Of a stretch of 64,000 nucleotides of DNA, positions 29,856 to 39,360 are shown piece by piece. This stretch comes from a virus. Lineage: Duplodnaviria; Caudoviricetes. Under the pieces are notes generated by a model. The model ran no database searches. It saw nothing but the letters and a program-made list of their open reading frames with translations, and was not told where the DNA came from. Both the position numbers and the translations under genes were made by a program. Every line of letters starts with the position of its first letter. Position 1 is the first letter of the stretch. Where the stretch lies: the IMG/VR virus record IMGVR_UViG_3300046779_001841, positions 192,001 through 256,000 of that record; one strand, written 5' to 3'.

Positions 29856-32800
29856 ATGAGTACAACCACTAAAGGCACTAGCTTTATCAATACTTCAAGA
29901 ATTGAAAATAGACCTTATGCTGGATCTTGGAAACCTAATTTTAGAAAAGTCCATACTTGGTCACCCGATGCTCTTGTTTATATTAATGGTGATACTGCTT
30001 TAATTGGTTGCCAAGAATGTAAAAACAAAATCGATTTTCAACCTTTCATCACTTCTGTTAATGTTGAAGCTGGTAACACATCTTCATCTTCTTCATCTTC
30101 TATTAATTTCTCTATTCCCAAGCATCATGGTGATAGCATTTTTAAAGATGGTACTTTTATCTTATGTGTTGGTCTTGAAGTCAATGTTTATTATCGTGGT
30201 TATTTTAATGTTCAAAACCTTTTAGAATCCGAAACACTTGATTATGGTGATGAAGTTTATGATTTAGCTGATCTACAAATGAAACCTTATTATCCTGTTT
30301 TTCATGGTGTTGTCACTAATGTTTCTTATTCTTATAGTGGTGGCTTTTATACTGGTTCTCTTTCTTGTAATGGTTTGTTACACTTTTGGCAATATCAACA
30401 TATTGTCACTCAAGCGGCCGCACTCGAATCTATTCCAAATGCTCAAATGCAACCAACAGGTCATGTTTTCACTGGATGGACACCACATCAAATTATCAAA
30501 TATTTGTTTAAAGATCGTGGTGGCGCTCAAAAAAATGATCTTGGCTTTGGTATCAATAATGCTACTAATTTGTCTTCTCAAGGTGGTGATGAACTTTGGC
30601 AACAAGCACTTCAATATTGGGAAACTAGATTTTCTCAAGGTCTTTATAATTTAAGAATGTATGGTGCAAGTGGTAATCTTCTTTCTAATGGTGCAGATGC
30701 TTATATTGATACTCTTATTGTTCAAAGTGGTGCTTTAAGTCCAAGATCTCAAAATGGTCTTCCATCTATGAACTCGCAACAAAAAATTGAAAATACACTC
30801 GATCCTAAAGTTCTTAGACAATATGATTTAATTGAAATTCCTTTGACTGGTACAGATCCAGAACAAATCCAACCTTTCACTTTAGATGTTGGTCAAGTTG
30901 GTCAATTAGATTCTTATCAATCTACTTATGAAACTAAACTTGGTATTGCAGATACTGTTGTTGAAAAAACTAATTGGGAATTTTTTCAAGATGTAGATGG
31001 TGATCTTGTCTTTAAACCACCTATGTTTAATCTTAATGTTAAAGGCAATCGTGTCTATACTATTAAACCTGAAGATATTATTGATATTGGTTTTTCACAA
31101 AAAGAACCTAATGCTACTTATGTTGTTTGTAAAGGTAGTGTTATGGGAAACATGGGTGGTGTTGTAGATAATCAACAAATTACACCACAAGCACAATATG
31201 TTGATTATCGTCTTGTTGCTAAATTTGGTTGGCGTGAAAACCAATTCGATGCTACTCATATCAAAGATCCTAAATCTGCTTTTTATATGGCAAGTGCAAG
31301 ACTTGATCTTTTAAATAAAGATGTAGAAGGTTGTACTTTAACTATTCCACTTAGACCAGAATTAAAACCAGGCTATCCTATCTATATTGAACACATTGAT
31401 TGTTTCTATTATGTAGATTCAGTCAGTCATTCTTTTTCATTTGGTGGTGATTGCAATACATCTTTAACACTTGTATGTAGACGAAAGAAATTTATATTGC
31501 CTGGTAGTGCAAATACATCTTATGCACAAGATAGCAGTAAAGCGATTGATCTTGCTAATATTTCTCAACCAAGTAAATATCTAAACACTTTAGATTCTGA
31601 AGGTAATATTCGTGTTACTGGATTTCCTAATGTTGTTATGGCAATAGATCAAACTAAAATCAATCCTGCATCTTTACCTAGTGGTCAAGATAATATTGAA
31701 ATCACTACTCCAGAACATCTTAATATGCTTATTCTTGAAGCACACAATGCTGGTATTTTACAAATCGCACCACAAGCAAGTAGTGATTTAGGTAAAGGCA
31801 ATCCTTTATTTACGGGTCCATTCTTTGTTAGAAATCCTGCATCTACAGATGGTGAAGGTGAAATCATTGGTATTCTTGATCTTAAAGACACATCAAATCA
31901 AATATCATCACAAGCGAACATAACACCAAATAGTAATAATAATGCAGTGCAACCTAAAGACACTTCTATTAAAGCGAATGATAAAGATCTAAATGAAATC
32001 AGTGCAGAACAACTTAAAGTTCAAAATGTAGAACCTATCGAACTTATCAATAATAGTGATACTACAAGTGGATTAGGTCAACAACAAACAGTCGCAAATC
32101 AAAAAGTAACATTAAAACAATTAATCGAACTTGTTAAGTCATATAGATCTTCTAACACCACTGCTTTTGGTCAAGGTAGTAAAGCAAATATTCTTGCCAA
32201 TCTTGCTACACGAAAATCTACTTTTGGTGGTGCGATTGCTGGTCATTATAGATATTATAGTTGCTCTCATCCAGATGTTCAAATGCAAGGTGCTATTGAA
32301 ATTTCAGTAAAGAAAGGCAAGATTGATTTTAAACAACCACCTTTAATAGAACCTAAACCTAATCTCAAAAATGTGAATGTTGTTTTACCAGATCCTACTA
32401 CTGCTAATGATGGTAATCTTATTGAATTTGTAGACGATCCAAATTTTGTTAAAACAGGTATTCGCATTTTTAAGAATATTGGCGAACCACAAGAAATTGT
32501 ACCTACAAGTGAAATCAAAGGTCTTGCTTTTCAAAAAGTCGATTTGGAATATCCTACTACTGTTATTACAGATCAAACACAAGGCACTCCTATGGGAAAA
32601 ATGCTTGGCATTTCTTATTCTCAAATTGCCAAAATTGTTCGTGATCAATTATTCAGTAATGGCAGACCTTTACTTAGACAAAATAAGATTAGTGTTAATG
32701 ATCCACAAATCAATAAAAAAATCACTGAAGCATTATTTGATCCAACCAAAATAGATGATGTCAGTGAAGATATTTTAAAAGCATATGCAGATGGTTCTTT

Positions 32801-34322
32801 ATGTGATGGTGATGGTTCTTCTCTTGTAGGTGATTACATAGAAGTTAATGGTGAAGGTATTCAAAGAATAATGTCTGTTGCGATAAGAGAATGGTCAAGA
32901 AATATTTATGATGCACCTGTTGCAAATGAGAATGGACTTAGTAAAGAACAAGCTAGAAATCATCCAGCTAATATACAATGGAGTACAACACCAAGTAAAC
33001 AGTATATAGATATATATACAGGACAAGATTATCGTTTTGATTGTCAAGTCGCATGGTGTGGCTTATTTGCACAATATTGTATTAAAGAAAGTGGTGCAGT
33101 TAAACCAAGTGTTTATAGTGGTGGTTTTCTTGGTGGTTGTAGTGGTATCTATTCTAAATGGGGCAACACACCTAGATTTTTTAATTTCTATCAAAACAAA
33201 AACACTGAAATCAAAGTGGGTGATATTGTCATCTTTAATGGTATTGATAGTAACACTGGACTACCTACTCAAAATTCAAGTGATTATGGCAAACATATCG
33301 CTTTATGTGCAGAAGTACATAAAGATTTTATTATCTGTATAGATGGTAATTCTCTTGGTGAACATCCTGATGGTAAAAAAGGTTCTGGTGTTGTTAAAAC
33401 TAAAAGAAGTAAAGATATTATATGGTATCTTTATCGTTTCCTACCTGAAGATTTTATTCCACTAACACAAACAAATCAATCTAATCCAAATGATAGTGTA
33501 TATAAGATTAAACTTAACAATGTTGTTACCAATCTTATGACTAAACTTGAATCAAAACATACTGTTCTTGCAGATCTTAAAAAAGCTAAAGAAAATACAC
33601 AAGCCATTCAAAAGATTTTTAATGATCAAGGTGTAAATATAGAGAAACTACAAACAGATTTAAAAATTCTTTTAGATCGCATTGGTGGTTTCAAACTTAC
33701 ACCAAGCAATAGTTTTACTGCAGGTGAAGGTCAATATAATAATGATCCTACTGTTATGCCAGTATTTCCTGTTTCTGATGAAAATGGTTATGAAGTGTTT
33801 GGTAGTTATCCTTATGGTCGTGGTCTTACTTTAAGAAAAGGTGGTACTTTTGAAAAACTTTTAAAGAAAGATAAAACATCATCTGTATCTTTAGAAGATA
33901 CAAAAGAAGATATAGCTGGTAGTGAATTGGCAAATATCACTATTCAAGAAAGCAATAACACAATAAAAAATGCAGTCAGTTCGGATGTCAATCTCAATAA
34001 AGAAATGGCATCAAATATAATTGATAGTGGTCTTGCTAATCAGCCAGTCAATCAAACTGCAGTGGATCAAGGTCTTATTATTGAAACAGTGCCAAAGCGA
34101 CTACAAGATATTATTCCAAACTATGATAAAAAAGGTGCAGTTTGTGATTGCAGATCTTATGATAGAGATTTACAACTTTTAGGTATCAGTTTAGATGGTG
34201 CATATAATTATGTAAATGTTGGTCAAGAACAACTTGTAAAGAAAATGGCAAATGATAATTTCTCTAAAGCAGAAGTTTGGATTTCTAACCAAAAACAATT
34301 AATAGGCGGTGAAAAGAAATGA
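29856..34322 (+). CDS. Baseplate hub (gp27/gpD-like) with inserted CHAP/NlpC-P60-like cell-wall hydrolase domain
   Basis: ATG 1 nt after the upstream stop. Hub pattern WEFFQDVDGDLVFKPP..GCTLTIPLRPELKPGYPIYI; AWCGLFAQYC..KVGDIVIF..GKHIAL..IDGNS gives a Cys/His amidase signature. Confidence 0.7.
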   Translation: MSTTTKGTSFINTSRIENRPYAGSWKPNFRKVHTWSPDALVYINGDTALIGCQECKNKIDFQPFITSVNVEAGNTSSSSSSSINFSIPKHHGDSIFKDGTFILCVGLEVNVYYRGYFNVQNLLESETLDYGDEVYDLADLQMKPYYPVFHGVVTNVSYSYSGGFYTGSLSCNGLLHFWQYQHIVTQAAALESIPNAQMQPTGHVFTGWTPHQIIKYLFKDRGGAQKNDLGFGINNATNLSSQGGDELWQQALQYWETRFSQGLYNLRMYGASGNLLSNGADAYIDTLIVQSGALSPRSQNGLPSMNSQQKIENTLDPKVLRQYDLIEIPLTGTDPEQIQPFTLDVGQVGQLDSYQSTYETKLGIADTVVEKTNWEFFQDVDGDLVFKPPMFNLNVKGNRVYTIKPEDIIDIGFSQKEPNATYVVCKGSVMGNMGGVVDNQQITPQAQYVDYRLVAKFGWRENQFDATHIKDPKSAFYMASARLDLLNKDVEGCTLTIPLRPELKPGYPIYIEHIDCFYYVDSVSHSFSFGGDCNTSLTLVCRRKKFILPGSANTSYAQDSSKAIDLANISQPSKYLNTLDSEGNIRVTGFPNVVMAIDQTKINPASLPSGQDNIEITTPEHLNMLILEAHNAGILQIAPQASSDLGKGNPLFTGPFFVRNPASTDGEGEIIGILDLKDTSNQISSQANITPNSNNNAVQPKDTSIKANDKDLNEISAEQLKVQNVEPIELINNSDTTSGLGQQQTVANQKVTLKQLIELVKSYRSSNTTAFGQGSKANILANLATRKSTFGGAIAGHYRYYSCSHPDVQMQGAIEISVKKGKIDFKQPPLIEPKPNLKNVNVVLPDPTTANDGNLIEFVDDPNFVKTGIRIFKNIGEPQEIVPTSEIKGLAFQKVDLEYPTTVITDQTQGTPMGKMLGISYSQIAKIVRDQLFSNGRPLLRQNKISVNDPQINKKITEALFDPTKIDDVSEDILKAYADGSLCDGDGSSLVGDYIEVNGEGIQRIMSVAIREWSRNIYDAPVANENGLSKEQARNHPANIQWSTTPSKQYIDIYTGQDYRFDCQVAWCGLFAQYCIKESGAVKPSVYSGGFLGGCSGIYSKWGNTPRFFNFYQNKNTEIKVGDIVIFNGIDSNTGLPTQNSSDYGKHIALCAEVHKDFIICIDGNSLGEHPDGKKGSGVVKTKRSKDIIWYLYRFLPEDFIPLTQTNQSNPNDSVYKIKLNNVVTNLMTKLESKHTVLADLKKAKENTQAIQKIFNDQGVNIEKLQTDLKILLDRIGGFKLTPSNSFTAGEGQYNNDPTVMPVFPVSDENGYEVFGSYPYGRGLTLRKGGTFEKLLKKDKTSSVSLEDTKEDIAGSELANITIQESNNTIKNAVSSDVNLNKEMASNIIDSGLANQPVNQTAVDQGLIIETVPKRLQDIIPNYDKKGAVCDCRSYDRDLQLLGISLDGAYNYVNVGQEQLVKKMANDNFSKAEVWISNQKQLIGGEKK

Positions 34323-36541
34323 GTAATACTGCACTCACTAATAACCTAAGAAATGAACTATCACCTAAATCATCTTCTCAAGGATGGACTAAACTTTCTA
34401 TTTCACTCGCAAGTATCATTAAAGTTTATGCTGAAGAACTTAGATGTGATATTAAAGTTGTTCAAGGTGAAAAAGATGAACCTATCTATTCTGGTGTTGA
34501 AATCATTTTACCAGCATTTGGTGCTAGACATTTTCTTGGTGCTATTCCAGATGTTAATGATCTTTGTATCGTTGGCTGGATGGTCGTTGATCAAGATGGT
34601 AAAAGAAAACCTGCTATCTTAGGTTGGTTTCCTAAAACTCCTTTTCTTGGTCATGACTGGTTGCCTACTCAATCTACTACTACCGAAGAAGGTATGCTTA
34701 ATACACCAAAAGATAGACTTGAACTTAAAGGTATCTCTCATCGTATCAGAAATAAATTAAGACACTTTCAAGCTGGTAATATTGGTGCTTCTTCTTCTCA
34801 AGGTGCTGATCTTGTTTTAGATGAAAGTGTTTTATTATCTAACAGAAGAGCAAATGAAATTCGTTTAAGAGATCAAGATCAAGCACTGGTTGTTAGATCG
34901 CAACAACAATTTCACACAATGAGTGGTGCTAGAATTTATGGTGGTATTGTTCAAAGAGATGCTAGAACTTTACCTAAAGAACTTATTTCCGATGGTAGTG
35001 ATTGGGCTGATCCTTATCAATTAGATGTAGATGGTAAACCTAAACGAAATTTTAAAAACGATAATGTTTCTCAAGATAACTACAAACCACATAATCTTTT
35101 TAGAAAAGAAAGTCTTAAAGAAAAGAGCAACTTTGAAAAAGATGGTGGCTTTATCACTTTAGATCCTTATAAATTCGTTTATAATGCAAATCTTGTTAAT
35201 GAGTTTTTTGAAAATGAAAGCGAAACAAGAAGTCTTGTTTATGGTGGTAAAGCTATTCTTAGACTTAATACAGAAGGCAAACCATCTTTTAACACAAACA
35301 TGGCAACTGAATATCGTATTGAACTTAATCATCTCACTGATGGTACTTTACCTGTTAGCGAACAAACAGATGGTTTTGATGTTGATCGTTTATCCGAAGT
35401 AAAAGAAAGCAAAGACAAACTACCTTTTGTCGAATTTGTTTTAGGTTCTGTTGTTGGCAATGAAGCATTTACTCTCACTGGTAAAGATTTATATGGCAAA
35501 CCATTATCACCTAAAATTGAATTTGGTGCAGGTTCTTCTCTTGTAGATGCTTCGGTTTTAGATTTAGAAGAACATTCTGCAACACTTATAAAAGTCCAAC
35601 CTGTTGTTGGCGATGACCCAGCATCTTTTATTTCTTTTACCAAAGGTGGTGCTTTAAGAGCATTTATTGGAAATTCCACTACTGAATATGGTGTTAAAGC
35701 CAAAGTAAATAGTGGTGTTGGTCTTTCTGCACAAAAAGTTAATGTACAAACAACATCTAATTTAGATATGGTTGTAGGTGGTCAAGCCAATATCAATGCA
35801 AATAACAATATAAGTGTTTCATCCAATAAGACTATCAATATCAATGCAGTCAATACGATCAATCTTAATTCAAGTGAAAGAATAAATCTATCAGCACCTG
35901 TAGTGTCTTTAGCAGATGCAGGACAAGTAGTTCTTAAATCTCAAAGTGCTTTAAATTTTAATAGTAGTGAAACGATCAATTTATCATCTAAAGGTAAAAA
36001 TGAAACTATCATGGGTGGTTCAAACACTACTATTAGTGGTCCCAAAGATTTTAATATGTTATCGGGTCCACCAAGATCGACTAAAATCTTGGCATCACCA
36101 GCAACAGGTCAAGTCGCTGGGATTGTAGATGAAAAAATAGTAGCTTATGGTGATGAACTAAATACCTATTTAACAACAAGCAATATCACTGATCTTATTA
36201 CATCTGGAACAAAAAACATTGTGATTGGTGCGGGTGCTTTAAATATGACTGTTGGTACAAATGCTATCAATCTTACACCAGCGACTGCAATTATTAATGC
36301 TACTACTGGTGTTGCATCTGTAAATGCTTTAAGTGGTATTGCGAGTATGGTAGGTATAGGTGGTGCTGTTGTTAGTAGTGAAGCAGTTACTACTATTCGT
36401 GGTGGTGGTGCTTTAATTTTAGCAAGTAAAGGCACGAGTGTTGGTTTTATTATGTGTGGTTCAGATAGAGATACTATTACAGGTTTGCCATATACTGCAT
36501 TAGGTTTAATTCCAAGAGGACAAGTTTTAAGTGTTGGTTAA
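34319..36541 (+). CDS. Putative baseplate central spike / gp5-VgrG-like protein
   Basis: N-terminal OB-fold-like IIKVYAEELRCDIK..IPDVNDLCIVGW; C-terminal beta-helix-like low-complexity repeats (NINANNNISVSSNKTININAVNTINLNS). Confidence 0.6.
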   Translation: MSNTALTNNLRNELSPKSSSQGWTKLSISLASIIKVYAEELRCDIKVVQGEKDEPIYSGVEIILPAFGARHFLGAIPDVNDLCIVGWMVVDQDGKRKPAILGWFPKTPFLGHDWLPTQSTTTEEGMLNTPKDRLELKGISHRIRNKLRHFQAGNIGASSSQGADLVLDESVLLSNRRANEIRLRDQDQALVVRSQQQFHTMSGARIYGGIVQRDARTLPKELISDGSDWADPYQLDVDGKPKRNFKNDNVSQDNYKPHNLFRKESLKEKSNFEKDGGFITLDPYKFVYNANLVNEFFENESETRSLVYGGKAILRLNTEGKPSFNTNMATEYRIELNHLTDGTLPVSEQTDGFDVDRLSEVKESKDKLPFVEFVLGSVVGNEAFTLTGKDLYGKPLSPKIEFGAGSSLVDASVLDLEEHSATLIKVQPVVGDDPASFISFTKGGALRAFIGNSTTEYGVKAKVNSGVGLSAQKVNVQTTSNLDMVVGGQANINANNNISVSSNKTININAVNTINLNSSERINLSAPVVSLADAGQVVLKSQSALNFNSSETINLSSKGKNETIMGGSNTTISGPKDFNMLSGPPRSTKILASPATGQVAGIVDEKIVAYGDELNTYLTTSNITDLITSGTKNIVIGAGALNMTVGTNAINLTPATAIINATTGVASVNALSGIASMVGIGGAVVSSEAVTTIRGGGALILASKGTSVGFIMCGSDRDTITGLPYTALGLIPRGQVLSVG

Positions 36542-36585
36542 TAACCATTTTATTCTTTTTTGTTTCTAAGAAACGAGGTCAAAAA

Positions 36586-37617
36586 ATGAATAAATATGCC
36601 ATCCAACAAATCTATCAATTAGCTTTGCATGAACAACATTCTAATACTTTAAGAATGGCTTGTATTAAAGCACTTAAAACATCATCTAAAATTCAAAAAT
36701 TCGGTAGTGATGAAAGTCATGCAAATGCTTTGAATAATCTATCACCATCTGAACAACAAGAAGTGAAAATTGGTATCTTTACACAAATCACAAATAAAAT
36801 TAAATCACTTGTTGAAACAGAAATTGGTCAAGATGTTTTGGAAACGATTACTGATTTAATCAACACTTCTGGTATTTCACATAAGATCAACAAGATCGAA
36901 ACAAAATTGAAAGCACCTAGCAATGAATTTGAAAAGATGATAAGTAATAAAGCGAAATCTTATGCTAAGGCATCAGATGCTTTAGCTTTTATTGCTAGAT
37001 TAACACAAGCTGAGAAACCAGAAGATATTGTTAAAGCCTTAGATGTATCTATGGATGAATTAGAACAAACTATTATGAATGTCACTGGTGAAAGTGTTGG
37101 TGGTTTTATTAAAGAGAAACCTGCTAATTGGTATAGACATTTTTATAAAGCTATTGCAGATATTAAAGAAGTATCTAAACTTTACACAGTAGAGTTGGCT
37201 GTTACTTTATTAGAGATTTCTATTGTTGGTGGTATTGGTATGTTTTTAGCAGGCAATCATGATGTTATGAGTATTTTTGGAAACTTATGGCATGGTGTAA
37301 AAGAAGTAATCACTTTAGTGATTGTGTCTGTAATACTCATGGATGTAAAAGACTCTGCTCAATTTATTAGAAAACAAGATATTTTTATCAAAGCGATACC
37401 TGTTGTTCTTATGAATGATCTTATTCGTGTTTTAAAATGGTCTTGGTCTAAAGTTGTTAGTTTCTTTAGTGATAAAATAGACGATGTTTCTGATTTCTTT
37501 TCTGATTGGTTAGGCAATGATAGTAAGACTGCATCGAACAAAGTATTTTTAGAAACTTTAAAATTAGCTAAACAAAATCCACATTTCCAAAACCAACTTC
37601 TACAAGTCATTTCTTAA
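36586..37617 (+). CDS. Hypothetical membrane-associated protein, paralog of 55998..56984
   Basis: Hydrophobic segments LAVTLLEISIVGGIGMFLAG and VITLVIVSVILM; IPVVLMNDLIRVLKWSWSKVVSFF matches LPLAILNDAISVLRWGFSEIKSFF. Confidence 0.7.
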   Translation: MNKYAIQQIYQLALHEQHSNTLRMACIKALKTSSKIQKFGSDESHANALNNLSPSEQQEVKIGIFTQITNKIKSLVETEIGQDVLETITDLINTSGISHKINKIETKLKAPSNEFEKMISNKAKSYAKASDALAFIARLTQAEKPEDIVKALDVSMDELEQTIMNVTGESVGGFIKEKPANWYRHFYKAIADIKEVSKLYTVELAVTLLEISIVGGIGMFLAGNHDVMSIFGNLWHGVKEVITLVIVSVILMDVKDSAQFIRKQDIFIKAIPVVLMNDLIRVLKWSWSKVVSFFSDKIDDVSDFFSDWLGNDSKTASNKVFLETLKLAKQNPHFQNQLLQVIS

Positions 37618-38182
37618 CAATTTTAGCTTGAACTTTCTTTTTTCTTTGTAGATTTAATTTAGCTTCTCGCTTCATCAAATCATAAGCATGGAACTTTTGC
37701 TTGGCATCTAATTTCATATTGCCTTCTATTGTTGCAAATCCACTATCTTTATCTATTCTTCTGGATGTTAAACCTAACACATTTGGCATAAGTGTCTTGA
37801 TAAGTTTAGGATCTATCATGTTAATAGAAATATCCCAAACCATAGCTAAGATCATAGGCGCACATACTTTTAATGGTTTTCCATCATATTCGCATGGCAT
37901 CTTTTCTTTATATAAAGAAACACCACTTTGTGTTTTTAATTCCATATCAAAGAAATAAACATCTTTAGGTTCTTGATTAAAAAATTCAAAATTGAAATGT
38001 AGATGTAAATTCTTATCACCAAAGATTGGTTTAATTTCTGTAATCGTTTGCCAACCATGTATCACGATTTGCAAATCTCTTGATTCGACTAAACGACTAA
38101 TAAATTCTTGTTCGATTTCTGTTAGTGGAATATATAAAGAATTTTTATTTCCACCACCAAACAAATTAGTGTCTTTACTCAT
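37607..38182 (-). CDS. Hypothetical protein
   Basis: 191-aa ORF coupled to the upstream small gene. Confidence 0.7.
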   Translation of the reverse strand: MSKDTNLFGGGNKNSLYIPLTEIEQEFISRLVESRDLQIVIHGWQTITEIKPIFGDKNLHLHFNFEFFNQEPKDVYFFDMELKTQSGVSLYKEKMPCEYDGKPLKVCAPMILAMVWDISINMIDPKLIKTLMPNVLGLTSRRIDKDSGFATIEGNMKLDAKQKFHAYDLMKREAKLNLQRKKKVQAKIVKK

Positions 38183-38406
38183 TTGTTTAATCCTTCTGGT
38201 CTTTCATCAAAATCACAAGTTTCTGGATTTACATCACATTGGTTATTGCAATCACATTTTGTAGTCGCATCACACCTAAATGGTGAATCTAAATGTTTTT
38301 GTTTTTCATCTTTAGATAATGCACACCAATCTGCTTTAGATCTTACTTCTTTATGTTGCACATGACCAATATTCAGTATCATTAAAAATAAGATTAAGTT
38401 TTTCAT
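38179..38406 (-). CDS. Small Cys-rich putatively secreted peptide
   Basis: Hydrophobic N-terminus MKNLILFLMILNIG, six Cys, upstream AAAGGG Shine-Dalgarno-like site. Confidence 0.55.
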   Translation of the reverse strand: MKNLILFLMILNIGHVQHKEVRSKADWCALSKDEKQKHLDSPFRCDATTKCDCNNQCDVNPETCDFDERPEGLNK

Positions 38407-38477
38407 AGATATTTACCCTTTCTTTGTATATATATTATACACTACAATATAAATAATTTCTTATTTATATTTTTTAT

Positions 38478-38550
38478 GGACTCGTAGCTCAATGGTTTGA
38501 GCAATGCTCTCATAAAGCAGAGGTTCTGGGTTCAATCCCCAGCGGGTCCA
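38478..38550 (+). tRNA. tRNA with CAT anticodon, probably Ile2 (lysidine-type); elongator Met not excluded
   Basis: Acceptor GGACTCG/CGGGTCC, D arm GCTC/GAGC, anticodon loop CTCATAA, T arm CTGGG-TTCAATC-CCCAG, discriminator A, no encoded CCA. G1-C72 excludes initiator; A3-U70 and C4-G69 resemble Ile2 tRNAs. Confidence 0.9.
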
Positions 38551-38565
38551 CTTTCTTAAAAAAGG

Positions 38566-38763
38566 ATGGTTATTATGGCAATGATGAAAACAGGCACACC
38601 TGCAACACAAGTAAATACTGAAACTATTCGTGGTTATCAAGATGGACTACAAGGCAATTCCAATCCACCAGAAGATAATGTACAACTTCAATTCTATAAT
38701 CAAGGATATGAACTTGGTCAAAAAGTTAAAAATGGTCAAGCACAAGCACCTATTTGGGCTTAG
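38566..38763 (+). CDS. Hypothetical protein (65 aa)
   Basis: AAGGA Shine-Dalgarno; GYQDG..YNQGYELG pattern. Confidence 0.65.
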   Translation: MVIMAMMKTGTPATQVNTETIRGYQDGLQGNSNPPEDNVQLQFYNQGYELGQKVKNGQAQAPIWA

Positions 38764-38795
38764 TTCAATAGTTTATTTATATTAATATATTAAAT

Positions 38796-38880
38796 GTAGT
38801 CACCTCCTGCAATTAGGTGTTCCTTGTTCGTGCGCACGAAACGATCCTACAAAAATTCGTGCAATTATCTTCTTTTCTTT
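38796..38880. ncRNA. Candidate structured non-coding element 1
   Basis: GC-rich island in an AT-rich spacer: outer GTAG/CTAC, hairpin CACCT/AGGTG, palindrome TTCGTGCGCACGAA (38827-38840), then AAAAA-TTCGTGC-AATTATCTT and a T-run. Confidence 0.4.
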
Positions 38881-38917
38881 GTATATCTTATTAAATTCTT
38901 AAAGAAAGGAATGACTT

Positions 38918-39316
38918 ATGAAATATCTTATCTTTTTCTCCTTGTTGCTTAATCATCTTTCTCTCTTTGCTCAAGAAGATAACCAACAATTATTATTGCC
39001 AGAATATCAACTTGTTAAGACTGCAGAAACAATTAAAGAATCTGCTAAAGTAGATCTAAGCACAATGGCAATTTTGCCTTTCTTAAATGATAATGTTAAG
39101 AAACTTGAATCGCTTTTAAAAGAAAAAGACAATCTTTTAAGAGAAAAAGATGCAGAGATATTAAAACTTATTCGTGCAAATACTCAACTTTCTCTTGAGA
39201 AAAAAGAATGTGAAGTAGATTATAAACATTGTAAAAATAGCACTTATCTACAATTAGGTATCACTGCACTTTCTACTGTTTCATCTGTATATGCAGGTGT
39301 TAAATGCACTCAATAA
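38918..39316 (+). CDS. Hypothetical exported coiled-coil protein
   Basis: Signal-peptide-like MKYLIFFSLLLNHLSLFA, coiled coil, hydrophobic C-terminus. Confidence 0.65.
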   Translation: MKYLIFFSLLLNHLSLFAQEDNQQLLLPEYQLVKTAETIKESAKVDLSTMAILPFLNDNVKKLESLLKEKDNLLREKDAEILKLIRANTQLSLEKKECEVDYKHCKNSTYLQLGITALSTVSSVYAGVKCTQ

Positions 39317-39360
39317 ATAAAAAAAGAGTGGATTTATTTTAAAGAATAATATAATCTGTA

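Noticed and set aside
38478-38550. Initiator tRNA-fMet, or an integration site at the tRNA
   Set aside because: It has a G1-C72 pair and lacks the three G-C pairs of the initiator anticodon stem. There is no integrase or duplicated 3' tRNA fragment in the window.
38918-39316. Spanin or other lysis gene call
   Set aside because: There is no adjacent lipobox o-spanin, endolysin or holin, so it is left as an exported coiled-coil protein.
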